A DNA stretch of 63,997 bases, filler included, from Octopus bimaculoides (GCF_001194135.2; 4 parts of 4 records of this genome joined end to end with filler, not necessarily neighbours in it); one strand, 5' to 3'. Numbered from the whole stretch's first letter, positions 38,212 through 49,999 are shown. The notes: a model not told the origin generated them from the letters alone. Numbers and translations are program-made.

Positions 38212-38607
38212 CAAACCTGGGCACCAATCTATTAATCTGTTAATCAACAAAGTTAACATTTTCATTAATAATTTAACTTTTAAGTTAACTTTGGAAATCA
38301 TTATTGGACTAATTAACTTCTATTACATTTAACTTCCATTAACTCAAGTCAACTTCTGTTAACTTCAATTGAATTGAAGTTAACAGATTTTATAGTTTTG
38401 GCACTTTTTAAAAGTGTGTTTAGGTGGGTTTTAGAGCAAAAACTGATTTTTCACCTTTTCTATAAAGAAAATTAATGTTAATGGTTTATCAATAACTTTG
38501 GTTAAATTTTTAAAGAATTAACTGGTTGACAGTTAACAAAGTTAACTTTTTGGTTCTGGATTCACAGTTAACAATGTTAACTTTTTGATTAACGGTGCCC
38601 ACCTTTG
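38212..38607. mobile_element. hAT-type MITE with 8-bp TSD
   Basis: Termini caaacctgggcacc / ggtgcccacctttg, TSD tctgtttc / tctatttc (7 of 8), and many internal aagttaac motifs. Confidence 0.8.
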
Positions 38608-39932
38608 TCTATTTCATTAATGTATGCAACAAATAAAAGGGGACTGAGGACAGATCTCTTCAGGACACCAGGTGTTGCATGAAGTGCAGAATGTTCTAGT
38701 TAATGTGACTACCACATTTCAGTTAAGAATGCAGAACTTCAGCCAGTTACAAAGATTAGCCTCCACCCCACTGCCGAGAGCTTTGCAATAAGTATTTTGT
38801 GTGGCACAGAATTAAAGGCTTTGCTGAAGACAAGATTGACAACATCCATCCATGAGCTGTCATCTGTGATTTGGGTGATGTCTTCAAAAAATTTGATGAG
38901 TTTACCACAGCAGCAAGAGTTAGGGATAAATCCAAATTAGGTTCTAAGAGTTCCAGAAGTCCCTGAGTGTCAGAGAGACACTCAGGGATCCATCAGTTTG
39001 GTGATACAGCATTTAAGACTGATCAAATGGTTAATTGACAGGTGGTGTGCAGTCACTATTTTTGAATGGGGGAATAAAGCTGGCAATCTTCCACTTTTCT
39101 GGTGAAATGTATATATTAATCCAAAATTGGAAAAGTAGTGAAACTTGGTGCAGTGGAAAGAGCCTGCCATGTTTGAGAAGCAGTGACACCATCAAAATCA
39201 GGGGAGGCATAGTTGCATATACGCTTGAGGTGGCATTGCAGCATTAAATTTAGCAGATGTTATGGAGTTTGGTTTCAATAGTGGTGAAGACAGTACATTT
39301 GGATTTTCATTAATAAAAATGCCAACATACTATTCAACAGTAAGATCTGCACACTCTTTGAGATCATCTGGGATCATCTGTAAGTTATATAGGGACGGTG
39401 AAGAAGGCTAATTGGAGAGTGAGGCCTCTATTTCAAAGGTACATATTTTCAGAACTCTTTACTCTCTGGTTTGGTTGCTGTGTTGTTTAAATTTAAGTAC
39501 TGCGTCTTTTAAGTCACCTTCGTGACATGGTTTGACACTCTGTTGCCCCTTCTTCTCTTTTCGTCTGTTCTATGTAATCTGTATCCAAGTTCAGCATCTC
39601 ATCATCCTTTCCTGACTGACAGTAAAGAAGAGGGTGAAGAGCAGCAGAATAATAATAATAATGATGCAGTAGACAGGGGAGAATAAGAGGAAGGGAAATG
39701 GTGTGTGTGTGTGTGAGGGTAGGTTGCATGAGAGTTACTGGAGGGGCAGATGTAGTATATGGTGAGAAAGAGAGATGTATGGTGATTGACAAGGAGAGAA
39801 AATTTGGTCGTGCAGAGGAGTGATCAATGTAAAATGTGAGTGGAGAGCAACAGTATTAAGAATGTCAATATATCATATCACTCCTATAAATTATTTATGT
39901 CCGTGAGCATTTTAATAGTGAAATTGCATTAA

Positions 39933-40151
39933 CACTTTCATTACAGTATTTATTTTGAGATGCTCTGTTTCTTTCAATTACTTTAAAATTTAACAAAGAA
40001 TTTAGTAAAATAACTTCGTTATCATTAAGCCAATGTTAGGAACATAAATTGTGACTAAAGTTTGGTGGAAAATTTTAATTCAAAACTTATGAAAACAAGA
40101 CATTTGTACTTAGAGCCAGAAGCAGTTTCAACCAGGTTGGTATCAAAGGGG
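39933..40151 (-). mobile_element. piggyBac-type MITE family 2, copy 1
   Basis: TTAA flanks; homologous to 40179-40398 and 45649-45869. Confidence 0.8.
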
Positions 40152-40178
40152 TTAAAAATTGTTTATTATATATTTTAA

Positions 40179-40398
40179 CCCATGTGTTACCATATTTCCG
40201 TTGAGATGCTCTGTGTTTCTTTCAATTACTTTAAATATAACAAAGAATTTAGTAAAATAACTTAGTTATCATAAAGCTAGTGTCAGGAACATAAATTGTG
40301 ACTAAGGTTTGGAGGAAGATTTTAATTCAAAACTTATGAAAACAAGACATTTGTACACAGAGCCAGAGCGGGTTTCAACCAGGTTACTAACGAACGGG
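40179..40398 (-). mobile_element. piggyBac-type MITE family 2, copy 2
   Basis: ttaa-ccc...ggg-ttaa. Confidence 0.85.
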
Positions 40399-40466
40399 TT
40401 AAATACAATAACAATTTATTACAGAAGTTCACAGAGGCAAGAAAAATTGTTTTTTTTCTATTTCAG

Positions 40467-40540
40467 TGAAACATAACCTGCAAGTCTTGTCTCATTGTTT
40501 TAGATGGGATGGTGAACAGTTTCAATTGGAAGACTTTGTC
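40467..40540 (+). CDS. Candidate internal exon start (xKHNLQVLSHCFRWDGEQFQLEDFV, runs into gap)
   Basis: Strong ttttttttctatttcag acceptor with a single open frame. Phase 1 fits ATG-C at 35599-35602. No homology recognised. Confidence 0.3.
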
Positions 40541-43329
40541 NNNNNNNNNNNNNNNNNNNNNNNNNNNNNNNNNNNNNNNNNNNNNNNNNNNNNNNNNNNN
40601 NNNNNNNNNNNNNNNNNNNNNNNNNNNNNNNNNNNNNNNNNNNNNNNNNNNNNNNNNNNNNNNNNNNNNNNNNNNNNNNNNNNNNNNNNNNNNNNNNNNN
40701 NNNNNNNNNNNNNNNNNNNNNNNNNNNNNNNNNNNNNNNNNNNNNNNNNNNNNNNNNNNNNNNNNNNNNNNNNNNNNNNNNNNNNNNNNNNNNNNNNNNN
40801 NNNNNNNNNNNNNNNNNNNNNNNNNNNNNNNNNNNNNNNNNNNNNNNNNNNNNNNNNNNNNNNNNNNNNNNNNNNNNNNNNNNNNNNNNNNNNNNNNNNN
40901 NNNNNNNNNNNNNNNNNNNNNNNNNNNNNNNNNNNNNNNNNNNNNNNNNNNNNNNNNNNNNNNNNNNNNNNNNNNNNNNNNNNNNNNNNNNNNNNNNNNN
41001 NNNNNNNNNNNNNNNNNNNNNNNNNNNNNNNNNNNNNNNNNNNNNNNNNNNNNNNNNNNNNNNNNNNNNNNNNNNNNNNNNNNNNNNNNNNNNNNNNNNN
41101 NNNNNNNNNNNNNNNNNNNNNNNNNNNNNNNNNNNNNNNNNNNNNNNNNNNNNNNNNNNNNNNNNNNNNNNNNNNNNNNNNNNNNNNNNNNNNNNNNNNN
41201 NNNNNNNNNNNNNNNNNNNNNNNNNNNNNNNNNNNNNNNNNNNNNNNNNNNNNNNNNNNNNNNNNNNNNNNNNNNNNNNNNNNNNNNNNNNNNNNNNNNN
41301 NNNNNNNNNNNNNNNNNNNNNNNNNNNNNNNNNNNNNNNNNNNNNNNNNNNNNNNNNNNNNNNNNNNNNNNNNNNNNNNNNNNNNNNNNNNNNNNNNNNN
41401 NNNNNNNNNNNNNNNNNNNNNNNNTTATGTGAATATTCAGTTTGGTCAATTCAAGAACATGAAAGTGTCTGGAACCATCAGAGTGGCAAAAGTGGAGGTA
41501 GGAGTTAATCAGCTGCCTTCAGCACTCGGCAATTAAGTTGAGAGCCAAAATGGTCTTTTATTGGGTACAAGAACATTTGAGAAAACCATATCAGGCTAAA
41601 GCCTCAAAATGATGTGTCTGTGGAGTGCTCAGCCACTTGCACGTTAATTTCATGAGCAGGCTGTTCCGTTGATCGGATCAGCTGGAACCCTCGACGTTGT
41701 AAGCGACAGAGTGCCAACAACAACAACATGATCAAAGCCATACCAGCTGTGACAGTCCTGTCCCTTTATGTATCTAGGATTATATCGTCCAATATGTCTT
41801 TTCCTCTTTCCTTTTAAGCTTGTTGGGTGCAATATGATGAACTTGACTTCTATTTCTGGCAAGTAGATTGGCCACACACACATACATGTATGTATGTTTG
41901 TATGTATGTATGTATGTATGTATGTATGTATGTATGTATGTATGCTCACACTCCATTATTGGCTTGTGCTGCTTTTGTTATTGCTGTTGTTGTAAACATG
42001 TGTCACACCAAAATGGAGAACCTGCAAAAGTTATGGAGGCCAATCCTTCTCTTGAAACTTAACAACAACAACAACAACAACAACAACAATAATAATGAAA
42101 TCTTTTCTGGAAAACAAATAGATAGAATATTGAGATGCAAGAGTCAGAAGATAATGTTGTATTTTATTGGTACAAAGTGTACTGTAGGTTTTGGAATGAT
42201 TCCAATATCTTTATGCTTCAAGTGGTTTCTTTCCAGAGTATCTTAGTCCTTCTGTCTGGCACTCAAAGAAGTAAACAAAAAAAAACAAAATTCTTATTAG
42301 CTTAGTCAGAGAAGGGAAAGGCAGTGCCCATGATCCTTTTCAAGACTGGTAGAAGGATTGGTTGAAGAAATCTTTAAACCAAAGACTGGGACTAAATACT
42401 TGCAGCTGAGAGGAATTTTGAAGGCCAAGGGCCAGGAGGGGATTTTAAAGGCAGAAGGACCAAGAGAGGATGTTAAACCAAGCAACGGGTTAAGTCTACC
42501 TTTAAGGAAATGAACTCTCCCTTTCATAGCATTCTACAGAGTTCCATTACCCAGGTAACCTAATTAGTGTGAGAAGTGACAGTTGTAAAAGCCTAATTGC
42601 CAGAATAATTCTTTGAATAAGCCTTTCTCTCCTTGTGAAGCACAAGGCCGTCAGTGGTTTTTCTTCCCTGTTCTTCAATCTGGGCTGACTTTTCTGCTTC
42701 CTGATGGTCAGAAACGGGATCAACCTTGCAGCTTGCTTTCAGGTTTTACTGCTCCTCTGTCGGCGGTGTGTAAAAAGCACCATTTGAGTGTAGTTGATGT
42801 TAGTACCACCTGACTGGCCCTCATGCCGGTGGCACATAAAAAGCACCCACTACACTCTTGGAGTGGTTGGCATTAGGAAGGGCATCCAGCTGTAGAAACT
42901 TTGCCAGATCAGATTGGAGCTTGGTGCAGCCTTCTGGCTCACCGGCCCTCAGTCAAACCGTCCAACCCCTGCCAGTATGGAAAGTGGACGTTAAACAACG
43001 ATGACGATGATGATGATGATGATGATGTCCCCATCTCTCAGGTCTTGTTTGTTTTGCATTGTCATTGATTTTTCTGTGACTTAGCTTTTCTTCTAGGTAG
43101 GGGTGTTGGCCCTATGCACACTGATTTTTACCTTTGGGAAGAGGTGGTCCATCTTCACTAACCTTTGACCTACTGGAAGCTCATGCTCCATTGGAATAAC
43201 TATAAGAGTCATTGAGGCATTCAAGCCACCACACTGTATCAAGGACTGGGCCTTGTGGTGGTCAATACATGCTGAGTACTTTACTTTATCAACCCCTGGA
43301 AAGCTTTAAAAGGGCACATAAATATAAAA

Positions 43330-43848
43330 GATATATAAATAACTTGACATTGAAGCTATCAGCCAGTGTTCAGCCTGGGTCAAGATGATGACTGCTGGAA
43401 GATCCTATGTCTGGCAACAGGACTCTGCACCATGCTACACAAGCAGGAGAACCCAGTCATGACTGTCAGACAGTTTCTGCAACCACATAACCCCTAACAT
43501 CTGGCCATCTAACTCCCCACACTGCAACCTCCTTGATTATTGTGTGTGGGACACAGTTGAGCAAGAGACCCACAAGACTCCTTGTAACATTAAAGATGAA
43601 CTGAAGGCAAGGATTATGACAGCATTCACCAACTTAAACAAGGAGACTGTTCAGAAAAGCTATAAGAGATTCCAAAATGATCTGGAGGCCGTGGTTGCAG
43701 CCAATGACAATTTTATTGAATAAATTTACTCTTTATAGTATTTCAAGATATTTTAATGTAATTTTGGTAAATATATCTGTTAAATTGAGATGTCAGTGTT
43801 ATTTTCATTTGTGTGTAATTTAGATGATGATATATTCACTGCACCCTG
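43330..43848 (+). mobile_element. Tc1/mariner DD37D (maT-like) transposase 3' relic
   Basis: AGRSYVWQQDSAPCY..NIWPSNSPHCNLLDYCVW..KDELKARIMTAF..LEAVVAANDNFIE*, with a TIR-like gcaccctg end. Confidence 0.8.
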
Positions 43849-44200
43849 TCTATATATATATATTGTGGTGTTAGAAAGGTCATCCAGCTGAAGAAGTCAT
43901 CCCAAAACAGATGACTGGAGTCTGGTGCAACTCTTCGGCTTGCCAGCTCCTGTCAAATCATCCAACCCATGCCAGCATGGAAAATGGACATTAAGTAATT
44001 ACAATGATATGTATTATTGGTCAGTTATCCATAAGTCAGAAACAAAAGCATAATTTAAAAGAGAATTTGAGTAGTTATACTTTTATATCGTCAAGTAGTA
44101 TATTCCTTGTTTTGGCAAATAACTGGTCAGGTTACCAGTGGTTTCACATTTATTGTTGCACCTGGCAATACAGACATACTGGCTAGAAATGCACGTGCAT

Positions 44201-44256
<56 letters not shown>

Positions 44257-44281
44257 CTAGAATACTAACAATTATAAAGTA

Positions 44282-45524
44282 CTAGCAGAAATACCCGGCT
44301 TTGCCCGGGTTAAAGAGAATAATGAAATCTAAAAACGCCGTCTAGACTACGCAACCCTCAACTGTTAGTAGCTACGATACCATATTTCTACATTAATAAC
44401 NNNNNNNNNNNNNNNNNNNNNNNNNNNNNNNNNNNNNNNNNNNNNNNNNNNNNNNNNNNNNNNNNNNNNNNNNNNNNNNNNNNNNNNNNNNNNNNNNNNN
44501 NNNNNNNNNNNNNNNNNNNNNNNNNNNNNNNNNNNNNNNNNNNNNNNNNNNNNNNNNNNNNNNNNNNNNNNNNNNNNNNNNNNNNNNNNNNNNNNNNNNN
44601 NNNNNNNNNNNNNNNNNNNNNNNNNNNNNNNNNNNNNNNNNNNNNNNNNNNNNNNNNNNNNNNNNNNNNNNNNNNNNNNNNNNNNNNNNNNNNNNNNNNN
44701 NNNNNNNNNNNNNNNNNNNNNNNNNNNNNNNNNNNNNNNNNNNNNNNNNNNNNNNNNNNNNNNNNNNNNNNNNNNNNNNNNNNNNNNNNNNNNNNNNNNN
44801 NNNNNNNNNNNNNNNNNNNNNNNNNNNNNNNNNNNNNNNNNNNNNNNNNNNNNNNNNNNNNNNNNNNNNNNNNNNNNNNNNNNNNNNNNNNNNNNNNNNN
44901 NNNNNNNNNNNNNNNNNNNNNNNNNNNNNNNNNNNNNNNNNNNNNNNNNNNNNNNNNNNNNNNNNNNNNNNNNNNNNNNNNNNNNNNNNNNNNNNNNNNN
45001 NNNNNNNNNNNNNNNNNNNNNNNNNNNNNNNNNNNNNNNNNNNNNNNNNNNNNNNNNNNNNNNNNNNNNNNNNNNNNNNNNNNNNNNNNNNNNNNNNNNN
45101 NNNNNNNNNNNNNNNNNNNNNNNNNNNNNNNNNNNNNNNNNNNNNNNNNNNNNNNNNNNNNNNNNNNNNNNNNNNNNNNNNNNNNNNNNNNNNNNNNNNN
45201 NNNNNNNNNNNNNNNNNNNNNNNNNNNNNNNNNNNNNNNNNNNNNNCTCTCTCTGAAAGTATCTGTCATTACAGTATCGAAATGTGATTGTTTCAGTTAG
45301 TAGAATAGTTTCATTTTTAAAGTGAAAGTATTTAACATGAGTGTTTTTGTTTCAATTTTGACACGTAATACTTAAATAGCGGAGGAGATATTATGTTGCC
45401 GTGGGCTCGAACTCTGCAAGAAGTTTAATTTTTTTTTGACTAAAACACAACTGGAACCCTAAGTAAGGCATGTGTAAAATTTGAATGAAATTGGTTGCGT
45501 AGTTCTCGAGTTTTAGGGATTCAC

Positions 45525-45555
<31 letters not shown>

Positions 45556-45581
45556 CACATTCTCATTTTTATATATATAGA
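44282..45581 (-). mobile_element. Non-autonomous Helitron with internal (CTGT)n; middle is N gap
   Basis: On the minus strand it starts A/TCtatatatataaaaatg and ends acccgggcaaagccgggt hairpin-atttctgCTAG/T. Confidence 0.85.
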
Positions 45582-45648
45582 TAATTGGGAACAAGAACAT
45601 TTGAGAAAACCATATCATGTCACAGCCTCATGCTGATTGGTTGTTTAA

Positions 45649-45869
45649 CCCTTTCGTTACCAACCTGGCTGAAACCGCTTCTGGCTCTGTAATACAAATC
45701 TCTTGTTTTCATAAGTTTTGAATTAAAATCTTCCACCAAACCTTAGTCACAATTTGTGTTCCTAGCACTAGCTGAATGATAACTAAGCTATTTTACTAAA
45801 TTCTTTGCTATATTTAAAGTAACTGAAAGAAACACAGAGCATCTCAACAGAAATAGAGTAACAAAAGGG
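45649..45869 (+). mobile_element. piggyBac-type MITE family 2, copy 3 (inverted relative to 39.9-40.4 kb)
   Basis: ttaa-ccctttcg...aaaaggg-ttaa. Confidence 0.85.
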
Positions 45870-46149
45870 TTAATTGAACAATCATGTGAAACTGTGGTGG
45901 TTCACTTCTGGTGTCTGACTGGTTATCTGGTGATTAGGGTTTTGAATCTATAGATGGAATCTATCCACTACCGTCTGGCAATCGCAATGACTTGTTCTGC
46001 TGTGGGTCAGTGACAGTTGATCAAAAACTTTTTCAATTTATAAAAAAAGGAGAGAACTTTAAAATAGCAAGCGATCATTATTTATTTTTGATCCAGGCCT
46101 GTTGAAACGCCAAGTATTTTCTTGGTTAGCTTGTTCCAAGACACATCTC

Positions 46150-46432
46150 ACGGATGTTCTGCATTGCATCATCAATGCTGCTTCTGGGATTCTGGGATCT
46201 CAGTGGGATCTGGGCTTTTCAACATCAGACCCCACTTCACCTGGTTAACCCAGCTGGAGCTGATCGAAACCCAACTTGCAACCTGGTAGCAGCAAACCAT
46301 CAGTTTGCCCTCTTTATTCAGAGCCACTGTCAAGTGGCCTGCTCTGCAGCTTCAGTTGTGCCATATATGGTCCACCTCTTTGCTGCACCAGCAACTCCAA
46401 GCCTAGTCAAAGCTTTGCAGTATGAACAGTAA
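46150..46432 (-). mobile_element. HERO/NeSL-type RLE non-LTR retrotransposon 3' end
   Basis: YCKALTRLGVAGAAKRWTI..TEAAEQAT.WL.IKR..W resembles the recalled HERO C-terminus (EAAERASRWLWIKR), followed by a HERO-like 3' UTR. Confidence 0.6.
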
Positions 46433-47049
46433 TAGAATAAAAGATGTTTTATTTTCATACAACTGATATTTCATAGAATTTTTTTTCAAAATATTGACCA
46501 CCAACATCGATTCATGTTGAATGAATTGTTTTCAAAAAATAATTCTATTTGTATTAATTAGCTGTTCCAACCTAACTTGATTATATTGTTTATAAACATT
46601 GTAAAAAATCACTTTGAGGAGATGACAAATGCTACAAGGCATTGAAATTCTATTATTGGTTGATGAAATTCTGTCAGCACATTGGCAGATGGCACCGACA
46701 TATAACATGGTTTCAACATATCACAGATCATCAATGGCAGCTAGCCAAGCTAAGTACCAGACAGAAAATCAGTCAAGCTGATGTAGAATAATGCTGGCCT
46801 AACAGCAATGATGTCACAGAAAGCTGGCAGGCTGTGTATAAATTAGTTGGTAGTGAAAGAAGCAGTCTTTGGAATGAGTATTAATTAGCACACCCAACCT
46901 AACTTGGGTGTGTTGTTTATAAAGCCTTAAACTGCTGTAAGTATTTAGACATGTATTTTATTTGTAATTTTCTCTTATAGCATTTTTTTTTTGTGCATTA
47001 ACAAAAAACAAATGTTGAAAATTTACATTTTTCCCCTGTTGCCCTGATT

Positions 47050-47390
47050 GTTAGTTCTCGGAGCATTGACACACCAAAGTTTTGGCTTCTACCAAGTGAC
47101 TTAGTAGAAGCCCACAAGATTATCTGTCACATTTCCCACAACTTTGGCCAGCATTTTGAATTCAATACCTCTACCACTTGTAGACATGGTTATATTATCA
47201 AAAAAACAGTGCAGCATCCATGATTTTCAGAAACAAATTTTTCCTGCTCAGAATCATTGAAGCATGTAACATTCTACCCATGTCAGTCGTTAGCTGTCAA
47301 GACATGACATTCTTTGAAAGTGGACTTCTATGTCCACTTTCTGTCCCCTCTTTTAACCATTTCTGACAAGTTGCAGGGCACTTGAGTATT
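47050..47390 (+). mobile_element. CR1/L2 3' end, inverted homologue of 36640-37055
   Basis: Clear reverse-complement similarity across about 340 bp. Confidence 0.85.
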
Positions 47391-48266
47391 CTGTGCAATA
47401 AGCTCATTATCATAATTTACTTATATTCATCATCATCATCATCATCATCGTCGTCGTCGTCGTCGTTGTCGTCATTTAACACCTGTTTTCCATGCTGATG
47501 TGGATTGTGCCAGCTTACAAGGCCAGGGGCTGCACCAGGTTTCATAGTCTGTTTTTAGCTTGGTTCCTATAGCTGGATGCCCTTTCCAAAATATACTTGG
47601 TGCTTTTTCCATGGCACCATAACCAGTGTTTCTTATGTGGCACCTTGATTTTAAAATAAAAGACAAGTTACTGTTAATATATACTCATTGAGTGTGCACC
47701 TGGAAGATTGCCCAGGAGAAAACTGATTTTCTTTGTTAGATTTTAATGCCTGGTCTGTTGGACAATAAAAAGGTTGAAGAATCACTGTTGTTGGATTGTT
47801 CTTGGGACAACGGTTAACCTTATTCTGGTCGTGAAGGTTTACACTTTATCCTTTACTTGTTCCAATTGTTTGACTATGGCCATGCAGGAGCACCACCTTG
47901 AAGGGTTTCAGTTGAATAAATTGACTCCATTTCTTATTTTTTAAACCTGGTACATATTCTATTGGCCTCTTATGCAAACTGTTAAGTTACAGGGATGTAA
48001 ACAAACCAGCACTGGTTGTCAAGTGATGGTGGTGGGAACAAACACAAAGACACACATGCCCTCATGCTGGTGGCATGTAAAAAGCACTGACTACACTCTC
48101 GGAGTGGTTGGCATTAGGAAAGGCATTCAGCTGTAGAAACTTTTCCAAATCAGATTGGAGCCTGGTGCAGCCTCCCAGCTTGCCAGTTCTCAGTCAAACC
48201 ATCCAACCCATGCCAGTATGGAAAGCAGACATTAAACAACGACAATGACGATGATGATGATATATG

Positions 48267-48325
<59 letters not shown>

Positions 48326-48751
48326 TGTCCAACTCATGCCACCATACAAAGTGAACAGCGAATAATGATGATGTTGATAATNNNNNNNNNNNNNNNNNNN
48401 NNNNNNNNNNNNNNNNNNNNNNNNNNNNNNNNNNNNNNNNNNNNNNNNNNNNNNNNNNNNNNNNNNNNNNNNNNNNNNNNNNNNNNNNNNNNNNNNNNNN
48501 NNNNNNNNNNNNNNNNNNNNNNNNNNNNNNNNNNNNNNNNNNNNNNNNNNNNNNNNNNNNNNNNNNNNNNNNNNNNNNNNNNNNNNNNNNNNNNNNNNNN
48601 NNNNNNNNNNNNNNNNNNNNNNNNNNNNNNNNNNNNNNNNNNNNNNNNNNNNNNNNNNNNNNNNNNNNNNNNNNNNNNNNNNNNNNNNNNNNNNNNNNNN
48701 NNNNNNNNNNNNNNNNNNNNNNNNNNNNNNNNNNNNNNNNNNNNNNNGTGT

Positions 48752-48783
<32 letters not shown>

Positions 48784-49118
48784 CTGCGTGTGTGTGTGTC
48801 TGCGTGTGTGTCTACATGTGTGTCTGCGTGTGTGTGTGTCTGCGTGTGTGTGTGTCTGTGTCTGCATGTGTGTGCATTTGTGTGAGAGAGTCCATGCAAG
48901 TAATGTGGAGGTGGAGGCAAAGCAGACAAATAAATATGGCAGGAGTGTTACAGGGACATCCTGACTGAAGAAAGACAGATTATGTATTGTGATATCCTGT
49001 GGGTGGATTTAGGGATTTATTTACATAAGTATTGAAAATAGCAAGTGGGATAGGCACATTCTCCTCAGCGAATTTATAAATTGTATTTAAATCTTGTGTA
49101 AACTTCCTTAAAAATCTA

Positions 49119-49361
49119 TTGGGTTGGTGCATAATTATTGCAACAAATTTTATTCAGCAAAAACCAATAACAACATGTAACAAAAACATCTTTAAATGAT
49201 TATTCCGGAGCATATTCACCATCTACTTCAATTACTGCTTCCCATTTGCTTGGCAGACAGTCAGACTGTCATTTAAAGATGATTTTATTTTAAATATTGT
49301 TATTGCTTTTGTTGAATAAAATTTATTGAAAAAAAGCGGCAATAATTATGCACCAACCCAA
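49119..49361 (-). mobile_element. Mariner-derived MITE, second copy in opposite orientation to 23816-24066
   Basis: Same TIR, TA flanks, same internal transposase C-terminal fragment. Confidence 0.9.
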
Positions 49362-49499
49362 TAGTTTACACTGTATCACATTATGTTCGACAACTTCAAT
49401 TACCCCTCCTCCGATTATGTCTACTATGTCAATAGTATTGTTGGGATGGGAGTAAGGGAATAGTCTGCCCTGGGTGACACTCTTATGGTGTTTGCACTT

Positions 49500-49645
49500 T
49501 GGGGGTGTGCTGTATTTATCAACCCTGAAAGGATGAAAGGCAAAGTCAACCTCAGCAGAATTTGAATTCACAAGGTAAAGACAGACGAAATACCACTAAG
49601 CATTTTACCCAGCATGCTAACATTTCTGCCAGCTTGCTGCCTTAG
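49500..49645 (-). mobile_element. Family B SINE, heavily CpG-decayed
   Basis: Aligns by eye to 15920-16060 with nearly every CG changed to TG or CA. Confidence 0.85.
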
Positions 49646-49745
49646 TTCAGTTGATATAGTGAATAAATCCGGGTAAGAAGGCTGGCCTATATATAAACAT
49701 GACGTTCTTTTGAAAAGACCAATCGTTTTGTTCCTATATTTGCAG

Positions 49746-49828
49746 TGAATTTCAACTATTTCATTTACACTGACAAGAACCACAAACCAAAAAAGAAAGG
49801 AAAAAAAATAAAACTAAAATCAAACTAG
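49746..49828 (+). CDS. Candidate terminal exon xNFNYFIYTDKNHKPKKKGKKIKLKSN* (KxKxx ER-retrieval-like end)
   Basis: tttgttcctatatttgcag acceptor and open frame to TAG near the end of the CpG-depleted domain. Could be chance in A-rich DNA. Confidence 0.2.
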
Positions 49829-49999
49829 AAAAATAAAAATGAGAAAATCAACGGTCATGAGTACACAAGGCAAATATTTTGGTGAGAAGCAGCAAAAGAA
49901 AATTTCTTACAAAGAAACTTTAAGAAGCATATCTCTGTGAAACCGGAACCAGAAAAGCTTAGTTAATGGCAGTTTAAAGTTCACTGAAATCTTGGGTGC

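Larger units (their letters stand above)
36640..39500 (-). mobile_element. CR1/L2-clade LINE relic split by three nested insertions
   Basis: Colinear minus-strand motifs: WKIASFIPPFKN, VFSKAFNSVPHKIL, GV..GSVLSPLLFVAYINE, NANDIKLY (FADD-like), DQGVNVNKDLQW, KAVQRHATR..LPY, DLVEAHKII, then 3' UTR. Confidence 0.85.

Noticed and set aside
46098-46250. Exon-like GLLKRQVFSWLACSKTHLTDVLHCIINAASG after a good acceptor
   Set aside because: It largely overlaps the antisense of the HERO-type 3' UTR and has no strong donor.
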